From Thermoplasmatales archaeon (lineage in GTDB: Archaea > Thermoplasmatota > Thermoplasmata > Thermoplasmatales > GCA-001856825): DNA of 64,000 bases. Positions 37,529 through 44,994 of this stretch are shown here, piece by piece (within the stretch, counting starts at the first letter, position 1; every line of letters begins with the position of its first letter). Below the pieces are notes generated by a model. The model was not told where the DNA came from, searched no databases, and saw only the letters and a program-made list of their open reading frames with translations. The position numbers were made by a program, and so were the translations under genes. Location of the stretch: positions 2,122 through 66,121 of the forward strand of contig JAVYSX010000002.1 of the NCBI GenBank assembly GCA_038728965.1, written 5' to 3'.

Positions 37529-39040
37529 ATGTATATGGTAGAATGTGTCCCGAATTACAGCGAGGGGAGGGACAAAACCAAGATAGAGCGCATAGTATCT
37601 GCCATTAAGGAATACCCAGTTGAAGTTATAGATGTGGAGATGAATTACGATCACAACAGGTCAGTGATCACGGTCGTTGGTGATGGGAATTCAGTTTCCG
37701 AAGCCATATTCTCGTCTATAAAGAAGGCTGCGGAGATAATAGACCTGAATACGCACCGCGGTGAGCACCCCAGATTTGGCGCCACCGATGTTGTTCCCTT
37801 TATTCCCCTCCTCGGGGCTCCAATGGAATATTGTGTCGATCTGGCGGTGAGGCTTGCAAGGAGGGTAGGTGACGAGCTGGACATACCTGTGTACCTGTAC
37901 GGTCAGGCAGCCAGAAGTCCTGAAAGAAGGGAACTACCAGATATCAGGAACGAGAAATTCCAATACGAACAGCTGAAAGAATCAATAGTCTCAGACAAGA
38001 AATATTTACCAGATTTCGGCCCGAAAGTGGTTGGTTCGGCAGGAGCTACCATAATAGGAGCGAGGGAATTTTTGATAGCATTTAACGTCGATGTCAGGCC
38101 TGAAAACTTGAAGCTCGCGAAGGATATAGCAAAGAGGGCGAGGGAGAGGGGCGGGGCTCTTAAAAATGTAAGAGCTCTTGGATTTGATTTGAGCGAGACG
38201 AACGAGGCACAGGTATCAATGAATCTAATAAACTACAAGGAAACACCGCTACCAGAGGTCTTTGAATTCGTGAAAGGGGAAGCCGAAGCCAGAGGGCTAC
38301 AGGTCAGCAGATCGGAGCTTGTAGGTTTGATCCCATTGGGGGCTATGGAGGAGGTTTACAGATTTTACCTCAAAAATAGAGATTTCAGTATCGACCAGGT
38401 TATTGAAAAGAGACTACTAGACATATACAAAAGGGAAAGTCTGGCCTCATATCTCTCAGACTTAGCTAGCGACAAACCTGCTCCGGGTGGTGGATCTGCC
38501 AGTGGTATCGTCGGCGCATTCGGGGCAGCTCTCATATCAATGGTTGCAGGACTAACGATCGGAAAGAAGGGCTACGAAGAAAGTGCAGATATCATGAAAA
38601 ATGCGAAGGAAAGGGCTGAAAACGTGATGTGGAAACTTTACAGGCAGGCCGAAATGGATACGAGATCTTACAACGAACTCTCAGCCGCTCTTCAGATGCC
38701 CAAGGGTACAGAAGAGGAAAAAGCAGCCCGTGCGAGAACAATTCAGGAAAAATTAAAGGTCGCTACGGAGGTCCCCTATGAGACCGGAAGACTGGCAGCG
38801 TCACTTTTTGATCTCGTGCCGGTAATGCTCCAGAAGGGGAATAAAAATGCCATGTCGGATATTTACTGTGCCGGTCTATTCTTGTATTCCAGCGTAATGG
38901 GTTCGATGCAGAATGTAAAAATTAACATTTCGCTGATAAAGGATATAAACGTAGTTCAGGATTACAGGGCAAAGATGAACGACCTGATAAATAGTTCCCA
39001 GAGTATGATTGGAGAATTAATGAAAAATATGTGGAAATGA
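37529..39040 (+). CDS. bifunctional glutamate formimidoyltransferase / formimidoyl-THF cyclodeaminase (FTCD-like fusion)
   Basis: N-terminus VECVPNYSEGRD, ...HPRFGATDVVPF (FT domain). C-terminal ~190 aa has PAPGGGSASG... (cyclodeaminase domain). The start is ambiguous (37520 GTG, 37529 or 37535 ATG). Confidence 0.85.
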   Translation: MYMVECVPNYSEGRDKTKIERIVSAIKEYPVEVIDVEMNYDHNRSVITVVGDGNSVSEAIFSSIKKAAEIIDLNTHRGEHPRFGATDVVPFIPLLGAPMEYCVDLAVRLARRVGDELDIPVYLYGQAARSPERRELPDIRNEKFQYEQLKESIVSDKKYLPDFGPKVVGSAGATIIGAREFLIAFNVDVRPENLKLAKDIAKRARERGGALKNVRALGFDLSETNEAQVSMNLINYKETPLPEVFEFVKGEAEARGLQVSRSELVGLIPLGAMEEVYRFYLKNRDFSIDQVIEKRLLDIYKRESLASYLSDLASDKPAPGGGSASGIVGAFGAALISMVAGLTIGKKGYEESADIMKNAKERAENVMWKLYRQAEMDTRSYNELSAALQMPKGTEEEKAARARTIQEKLKVATEVPYETGRLAASLFDLVPVMLQKGNKNAMSDIYCAGLFLYSSVMGSMQNVKINISLIKDINVVQDYRAKMNDLINSSQSMIGELMKNMWK

Positions 39041-39057
39041 TAGAGGAAGGTGAGACC

Positions 39058-40686
39058 ATGAAAACAGTGGCTGATTTATCTAAGGAATTGGGGATAAATG
39101 AGGATGAACTAGAGCCCTACGGGAAGTATACGGGGAAAGTGGATCCGAAGGTGCTTAAAAGGCTCGCCTCAAAGAGTAATGGCAAACTAATTCTTGTAAC
39201 TGCTATGAGCCCAACCTCGGCTGGTGAGGGAAAGACAACAACGACTGTTGGCCTATCACAGGGTCTTAAAGCGTTGGGTAAAAAAGTGATGCTCACTGTT
39301 AGGGAGCCATCATTGGGGCCCAACTTTGGAATAAAGGGAGGTGGTACCGGAGGAGGGAAATGTCAGCTCATTCCTTCGGACGAAATTAATCTTAATTTCA
39401 CCGGGGACTTTCCAGCAATCTCAGCTGCTCATAATCTCCTTTCGGCTATCGTTAATAACCATATCTTCCAGGGTAATGAGCTAAAAATTGATGTAAGAAA
39501 GCTAACCTGGAACAGAACTATCGACATGAATGATAGAAGCTTGAGAAAAATCATAGTTGGCATCGGAGATCAGGGTGGGGCCATTGCCGAGGACAGTTTC
39601 CTAATAACGCCAGCGTCTGAAATAATGGCAATTATGGGTTTCGCTGAAAATTACCCCATGCTTAAGCAAATGCTTTCAAAAATTACGGTTGGCTATTCAT
39701 ACGACGGAAAGAGGATAACTGCCGGAGATCTGAAGGCGGAGGGTGCCATGGCCGCGCTTTTGAAGAATGCGATAAAACCGAACCTGGTGCAGACGACCGA
39801 GGGTGTTCCAGCATTTGTTCACATTGGCCCATTCGGGAATATAGCGCACGGCCACAATAGCGTTCTGGCTGACAAGATTGCATTAAAACTAGCTGATTAC
39901 GTTGTCACCGAGGCAGGATTCGGTTCAGATCTGGGTGCTCAGAAGTTCATAGACATCGTTATGAGACGTGCTGGTTATGATCTGAATTTAGTTGTAATCG
40001 TGGTCTCTATAAGGGCGCTTAAGCATCACGGCGGACTTAAGCCGGGTCAGGCAGGCAGCATAGAAAACATAGAAAAGGGTATGGAAAATCTGTACTACCA
40101 TATCTGGAACATAGAAAGGTATGGAATCCCTCTTGTGGTATCATTAAACAGGTTTAAGGAAGATACTGACGAGGAGATAGAGTTCGTTAGGAAGAAAGTA
40201 AAGGAAAAGGGGTATGATCTGGTCATCAACGAAGCATATTCCAGAGGAGGAGAAGGAGCACTCGAACTGGCCGGTAAGGTTATTGATTTGCTCGAGAAAT
40301 ATCAGCAAAGAAAACCAAACTTCACATACGAAGTGGGAGAGCCTGTTAAAACAAAGATAGAGAAGATAGCAAAGAATGTTTACGGAGCGTCAAAGGTCGA
40401 ATACTCAAAGAAAGCACTGAGGGCATTAAAGAGAATCAAGGACGAAGGACTGGACGGCATGGATGTGTGCATGGCGAAGACGCAGTACTCTATCACAGAT
40501 GACCAGACGAAACTGGGATGGCCAAAGAATTTCTCGATAAATATAGAGGACATAATGATCTCCTCCGGTGTAAATTTCGCAGTTCCACTCCTGGGCGAAA
40601 TCATGACGATGCCCGGTCTCCCTAAGCACCCCATCTCGGAAGAAGTTGACATAGATGACGACGGAAACATCACGGGGCTCTTATAA
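39058..40686 (+). CDS. fhs: formate--tetrahydrofolate ligase
   Basis: YGKYTGKV, PTSAGEGKTTTTVGL, GPNFGIKGGGTGGG, EAGFGSDLGAQKF. The ATG at 39058 (MKTVADL...) has a GGTGA SD-like element and matches the usual N-terminus. The track start is 39031. Confidence 0.9.
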   Translation: MKTVADLSKELGINEDELEPYGKYTGKVDPKVLKRLASKSNGKLILVTAMSPTSAGEGKTTTTVGLSQGLKALGKKVMLTVREPSLGPNFGIKGGGTGGGKCQLIPSDEINLNFTGDFPAISAAHNLLSAIVNNHIFQGNELKIDVRKLTWNRTIDMNDRSLRKIIVGIGDQGGAIAEDSFLITPASEIMAIMGFAENYPMLKQMLSKITVGYSYDGKRITAGDLKAEGAMAALLKNAIKPNLVQTTEGVPAFVHIGPFGNIAHGHNSVLADKIALKLADYVVTEAGFGSDLGAQKFIDIVMRRAGYDLNLVVIVVSIRALKHHGGLKPGQAGSIENIEKGMENLYYHIWNIERYGIPLVVSLNRFKEDTDEEIEFVRKKVKEKGYDLVINEAYSRGGEGALELAGKVIDLLEKYQQRKPNFTYEVGEPVKTKIEKIAKNVYGASKVEYSKKALRALKRIKDEGLDGMDVCMAKTQYSITDDQTKLGWPKNFSINIEDIMISSGVNFAVPLLGEIMTMPGLPKHPISEEVDIDDDGNITGLL

Positions 40687-41890
40687 GGTATCAGTTCACG
40701 ACATAGAGGACGCCTACGACAGGCTTAGGGGCGTGGTGAAGAATACCCCACTAGAGAGGTCAAACTCCGTTAGCGAGCTGAGCGGAGCTGAAATTTACCT
40801 GAAGCTGGAGAATCTGCAGAGGGGAGGCTCATTCAAAATAAGAGGGGCCTATAATCTACTCAGCAGAGAGGGTAAGGACGTTATAGCGGCGAGTGCTGGC
40901 AATCACTCTCAGGGTGTTGCACTCGCAGCTAAACTTCTCTCTTTGAAGGCAACGGTCGTAATGCCTCAGTTCGCCTCTCCCGTAAAGATACTTGCTACCC
41001 AGAAATACGGTGCGGAGGTAGTACTCTACGGAAACAGCTTCGACGAGGCTACCGAAAAAGCGAGGCAAATGTCGAAGGAGCAGGGGAAAGTGTTTGCCCA
41101 TGCGTTTGACAACAGGTACGTTATCGCGGGTCAGGGGACAATTGGAGTTGAGATTTATGATATCACAAGGGATTTTGATTTTATAGCAATACCGATAGGC
41201 GGCGGGGGGCTCATATCAGGGATAGCCACTTACCTTCGGGAGATGGGATACAGGGGCAAGATATACGGTATCGAGGCAGAGGCAGCGGCATCAATGAAGA
41301 GATCAATGGAAACGGGAAAGCTTACGAAGATTGAATCTGTCAAGACAATTGCAGACGGGATTGCTATCAAATCGCCGTCCGAAACAACATTCAGAATAAC
41401 AAGAGAACTGGTCGATGAGGTTGTAACCGTCAACGATGAGGAAATCTCGGCCGCAATGTTCACACTTCTTGAAAGAGGTAAGATAGTTGCGGAACCTGCT
41501 GGCGCGGCCTCTGTCGCCGCTCTGACAAGCGGAAAGTTGAATGTCAAGGACAAGAAAGGGATTGCCCTTGTTTCCGGAGGAAATGTGGATCTGGCCCTCC
41601 TCTCACAGATCATAGAGAGGAATCTAATGACGTCTGGTAGGATTTTCACAATAACATTTATCGTTGACAATATCCCCTCAGAAATGCGGAAAGCCGTGGA
41701 GTTATTCTCAGAGATGAAGCTAAACATAGAGGAACTGAAAACTGACCTTTACGACTACGATCTTGAAGTGGGCAAGCAGAAGATTACTGCAAGGCTGAAG
41801 GTATACGGGAACGAGGACCTGACCAAAATAAGAAAGAAGTTCAACGAGTATGGTTTCAGGATATTAGAGATCAAGGGTGCGGAAATTTGA
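40655..41890 (+). CDS. threonine ammonia-lyase (threonine dehydratase) with a C-terminal ACT-like domain
   Basis: TPLERS...YLKLENLQRGGSFKIRGA (PLP lysine), SAGNHSQGVA and GGGGLISG. Overlaps the fhs 3' end by 32 nt. Confidence 0.85.
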   Translation: MTTETSRGSYKVSVHDIEDAYDRLRGVVKNTPLERSNSVSELSGAEIYLKLENLQRGGSFKIRGAYNLLSREGKDVIAASAGNHSQGVALAAKLLSLKATVVMPQFASPVKILATQKYGAEVVLYGNSFDEATEKARQMSKEQGKVFAHAFDNRYVIAGQGTIGVEIYDITRDFDFIAIPIGGGGLISGIATYLREMGYRGKIYGIEAEAAASMKRSMETGKLTKIESVKTIADGIAIKSPSETTFRITRELVDEVVTVNDEEISAAMFTLLERGKIVAEPAGAASVAALTSGKLNVKDKKGIALVSGGNVDLALLSQIIERNLMTSGRIFTITFIVDNIPSEMRKAVELFSEMKLNIEELKTDLYDYDLEVGKQKITARLKVYGNEDLTKIRKKFNEYGFRILEIKGAEI

Positions 41891-41893
41891 TTT

Positions 41894-41946
41894 TCCCCGG
41901 AATTAACAAGGGAACTCATTATCATACCCTTTGACCCTTCCGGGGA
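41894..41946 (+). terminator. two-tier perfect hairpin immediately after the threonine dehydratase stop (possible terminator or RNA element)
   Basis: TCCCCGGAA (41894-41902) pairs perfectly with TTCCGGGGA (41938-41946). An inner AAGGG (41908-41912) pairs with CCCTT (41927-41931). Confidence 0.3.
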
Positions 41947-42092
41947 TCTGGGATTTCTTCTGGCCTTGGATTCACAGTAAGGTGACACACCACGCTCATC
42001 AAGGGGCCCAAAAATCCCTTTAGTTCCCTGTCGTCCAGACTCTCTCACTGATTCGAGAGCTATTCCATGTGGGAACAAAATAATATGAAAAA

Positions 42093-42485
42093 TTAGTGCT
42101 TAGCTTTTTCGTATCTACACACTATCCTCGTCTTCAATCCACCCCTCGGTTTGAACTCGCCTATCACCATCATACGTAATGGAGAAGCGCTTTTAACGAG
42201 ATCATTGAGTATCTTGTTGACGGCATTTTCCTGGAATATTCCTATGTTCCTGTATCTGTAGAGGTACATCTTTAATGATTTCAGTTCTATGATTCTTTTA
42301 TCAGGGACGTAGTGTATTGTAATTTTACCAAAATCCGGCATACCTGTCTTGGGGCAAACTGATGTGAATTCCTCCGTCTCGATCGTTATAACGCTCCTAT
42401 TCCTCTCGTACGGAAAAGTGATCGAATCCACGCTTCCGAGGTCAAGTTTTTCTATGTCATCCTGAAGGTGCTCGTATTCGCTCAC
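42093..42485 (-). CDS. queF: QueF-family protein (unimodular NADPH-dependent 7-cyano-7-deazaguanine reductase type)
   Basis: 130 aa with catalytic Cys in EEFTSVCPKTGMPDFG and a QueF motif IELKSLKMYLYRYRN. Closely parallels Bacillus subtilis YkvM. Confidence 0.85.
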   Translation of the reverse strand: MSEYEHLQDDIEKLDLGSVDSITFPYERNRSVITIETEEFTSVCPKTGMPDFGKITIHYVPDKRIIELKSLKMYLYRYRNIGIFQENAVNKILNDLVKSASPLRMMVIGEFKPRGGLKTRIVCRYEKAKH

Positions 42486-42554
42486 GCCTAAGTATGGATA
42501 TCACATAAATCAATGTTCCCAGTTGGAAAAGTAAAACTTTTTTAAAGAATAGCA

Positions 42555-43481
42555 ATGATGAGAATAATGAAATCAGCCGTTCTCCTTGTAATAGTTATCG
42601 TAGTTATAGTAGCCCTTTCACTTTTCATATACGGCGAATACCAGAACGGTAAGACTGCGAATCAAGGGTCGCACGTTTACATCGGTGCGATTTATGAAGG
42701 ACAGACAAGGTACAGCAACGGGGTTTCTGCCACAATCTCCTTTGGGGGAAGGAACAATCTCCAGGGTAATGTTTACTACGTTATTCTCTCCGTTTGGGAT
42801 ACTAATCGGAGCTATGACCAGGTCGGGGTATCTTCCCTCAACGGTAGTTACTTTTCCACTTACTCATATACGTATATAACCAAAAACGGGAGCATCAGAT
42901 ACGTATACGATCCTCACTGGTTTCGCATCGAACCCGGAGTTCACAGAGTATCAATGCACATCTATGGCGGAAATGTCACCTTCACTGTTGACGGAAGGTC
43001 ATTCGTGGCATTTACAGGCGGTAACGATTTCGTCATATCCTCAAATGAGGTCATAGGCAGCGTTTCTTACTCAGACTTGACTGTCTATGAAGAGATTTAC
43101 AAGTTCGGTGGTGTTCTGCCTGGGATATCGTACAACTTCACGGATGTATGCTACTCTATAGAAAATAAAACATACAGTGTTACCTCGTGGGCATATTTTA
43201 TCCATAATGCTTCAGTCTCTTACGAATCCATCGTATTTTATCTCGGAAACACTATCAACATATACAACAGGAAACCTTTGATGCTGCAGCTAGAGTATGA
43301 AAGTTCAAAATCATCTGCACTAGTTAGCATTGCAGATTTTAATTTCACGGCATCTGGAAACGCTAAGTACTACATCTATCTCCTCCCTGGAAATTACGAG
43401 ATGACGGTTCTGTATCAAGGTAATGCGGAGTATTATACAGTTGATCTTACCAAGAACTATACCCTGACAATACAGCCCTAG
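42555..43481 (+). CDS. secreted or membrane-anchored protein, sequon-rich, unknown function
   Basis: 308 aa with an N-terminal signal anchor MMRIMKSAVLLVIVIVVIVALSLFIY. Carries many N-x-S/T sites and ends in a PGNYEMTV beta-sandwich-like motif. Confidence 0.55.
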   Translation: MMRIMKSAVLLVIVIVVIVALSLFIYGEYQNGKTANQGSHVYIGAIYEGQTRYSNGVSATISFGGRNNLQGNVYYVILSVWDTNRSYDQVGVSSLNGSYFSTYSYTYITKNGSIRYVYDPHWFRIEPGVHRVSMHIYGGNVTFTVDGRSFVAFTGGNDFVISSNEVIGSVSYSDLTVYEEIYKFGGVLPGISYNFTDVCYSIENKTYSVTSWAYFIHNASVSYESIVFYLGNTINIYNRKPLMLQLEYESSKSSALVSIADFNFTASGNAKYYIYLLPGNYEMTVLYQGNAEYYTVDLTKNYTLTIQP

Positions 43482-43654
43482 CCTGCCCTTAAAGAAGGTA
43501 TAAACGCCTACAAGGCTTCATAGTGATCGCTGGAATTCTCCAGCTGGGCTGATCGATGAAACCCGTTTTCAATATTCCGGAAAAATCCACTAAAATATTT
43601 ATACCGTCGCAAATTACTGATAGACCAATGACCGAAAGGTGAAGGAGGTTAAAA

Positions 43655-44023
43655 ATGGCAGAAAATGTGTATGTTAGATTCCAGACACCGGATGATGTGA
43701 GGACAAAGACGCTTCAACTTGTTGAGGTTTCATCTGAGACCGGGAAAATTAAAAAGGGAACGAACGAGGTTACAAAGGTAGTGGAGAGGGGAGAGGCGAA
43801 GCTTGTTGTTATAGCCGAGGACATACAGCCGCCCGAAGTAGTTCTTCATATCCCGCTCCTCTGCGAGGAGAAAGGAATTCCGTATTTCTACGTTCAAAAG
43901 AAGGAGGAACTTGGTCAGAAAGTAAAGTTGAAGAGCTCTGCAACAGTGGCGGTTATAGATCCTGGGAACGGAAAACAGCTACTCGCAGAACTTTCCGACA
44001 AATTTAAGGAAATCAAGAAGTAA
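43655..44023 (+). CDS. rpl7ae: 50S ribosomal protein L7Ae
   Basis: 122 aa with KKGTNEVTKVVERGEAKLVVIAEDIQPPEVV.HIP.LCEEK.IPY. A GGAGGT SD lies 8 nt upstream. Confidence 0.95.
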   Translation: MAENVYVRFQTPDDVRTKTLQLVEVSSETGKIKKGTNEVTKVVERGEAKLVVIAEDIQPPEVVLHIPLLCEEKGIPYFYVQKKEELGQKVKLKSSATVAVIDPGNGKQLLAELSDKFKEIKK

Positions 44024-44034
44024 AGTGATGTAAG

Positions 44035-44247
44035 ATGCCAGAAAATGATGCCATTCCTTGCGAAGTTGTAGAAGTTGTCGGAAGGACAGGGATGGCCGGC
44101 GAGGCAACTCAGGTAAAAATCAAAGTCCTTGGAGGCGAAGATCAAGGTAGGGTACTCACAAGGAACGTAATGGGGCCTGTGAGGGTCGGGGACATCCTCA
44201 TGCTGAAGGAGACAGCGAGAGAAGCTAGAAAACTGTCAGTGAGGTGA
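44035..44247 (+). CDS. rps28e: 30S ribosomal protein S28e
   Basis: 70 aa with [24 protein letters not shown]...[28 protein letters not shown]. Confidence 0.95.
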   Translation: MPENDAIPCEVVEVVGRTGMAGEATQVKIKVLGGEDQGRVLTRNVMGPVRVGDILMLKETAREARKLSVR

Positions 44248-44253
44248 ATCCTG

Positions 44254-44532
44254 ATGGAAACGAGATACTGCTCCTTTTGCGGAAAGAGGATAGAGTTCGG
44301 CACTGGAAAAATGTTTGTTAAAAAGGATGGTGCAATTCTCTACTTCGATTCCTCCAAATGCGAGAAAAATTACCTGCGACTTGGACGGGAACCAAGAAAT
44401 GTTAGGTGGACTAACGCCGGGAAAGAGGAAAAGTCACAGAGGTCGAGGGGTTCGAAAGAGCCTCCAGAGAACAGGGGAGATAAGAACGAACAGTCAGCTC
44501 AGGTCACAGGCGCTACTGAGTCTCAAGCTTAG
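44254..44532 (+). CDS. rpl24e: 50S ribosomal protein L24e (with a charged C-terminal tail)
   Basis: N-terminus CSFCGKRIEFGTGKMFVKKDGAILYFDSSKCEKN, the L24e zinc-ribbon fold. Confidence 0.9.
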   Translation: METRYCSFCGKRIEFGTGKMFVKKDGAILYFDSSKCEKNYLRLGREPRNVRWTNAGKEEKSQRSRGSKEPPENRGDKNEQSAQVTGATESQA

Positions 44533-44547
44533 GTGGTAAGGGGCAAA

Positions 44548-44988
44548 ATGAAAACATTGATATTAATAAAGCCTGATGGCGTTGTACGAGCCAAAATCGG
44601 CAAGATAATATCAAGGTTCGAAGAAAAGGGACTCAAGATCGTGGCCTTAAAGATGATCAGGGTAACAAGAGAGATGGCTGAAAAACATTACATGGTCCAC
44701 AAGGGCAAGCCTTTTTACGAATCTCTTTTGAAGTACATAACATCAGGTCCCGTCGTCGCTATTGTTCTTGAAGGCAAGGATGCCGTGGAGATAGCGAGGA
44801 ATCTCGTGGGTGCGACGAACGGCGCTAAGGCCCAACCGGGTACGATAAGGGGTGACTTCGCCGTGAGCATAGATTTTAACTTAATTCACGCTAGTGATTC
44901 AGATGAGTCTGCCTCTTACGAGATCCCGATATTCTTCGGGGAGAACGAAATTTTGGACTACGAAAGGTCAGACAGGGATTGGCTGTGA
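44548..44988 (+). CDS. ndk: nucleoside diphosphate kinase
   Basis: MKTLILIKPDGV, ...GATNGAKAQPGTIRGDF, ...NLIHASDS (active-site His). The track starts at a GTG at 44533. Confidence 0.9.
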   Translation: MKTLILIKPDGVVRAKIGKIISRFEEKGLKIVALKMIRVTREMAEKHYMVHKGKPFYESLLKYITSGPVVAIVLEGKDAVEIARNLVGATNGAKAQPGTIRGDFAVSIDFNLIHASDSDESASYEIPIFFGENEILDYERSDRDWL

Positions 44989-44994
44989 CGTCGT

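Noticed and set aside
41755-42078. 107-aa minus-strand ORF spanning the end of the threonine dehydratase gene and the convergent spacer
   Set aside because: It overlaps 136 nt of a well-supported CDS in antisense and runs through the hairpin region. Its composition (Ser/Pro/Gly/Arg) looks non-coding.
43625-43645. Possible L7Ae-binding K-turn in the rpl7ae 5' leader (CCAAUGACC-GAAA-GGUGAAGG, overlapping the GGAGG SD), as described for L7Ae autoregulation in other archaea
   Set aside because: Two GA dinucleotides flank a CC/GG stem with a GAAA loop, but the bulge would be 1 nt instead of 3 and the C-stem does not pair cleanly. I cannot fold it into a canonical K-turn by hand. It is worth a computational check only.
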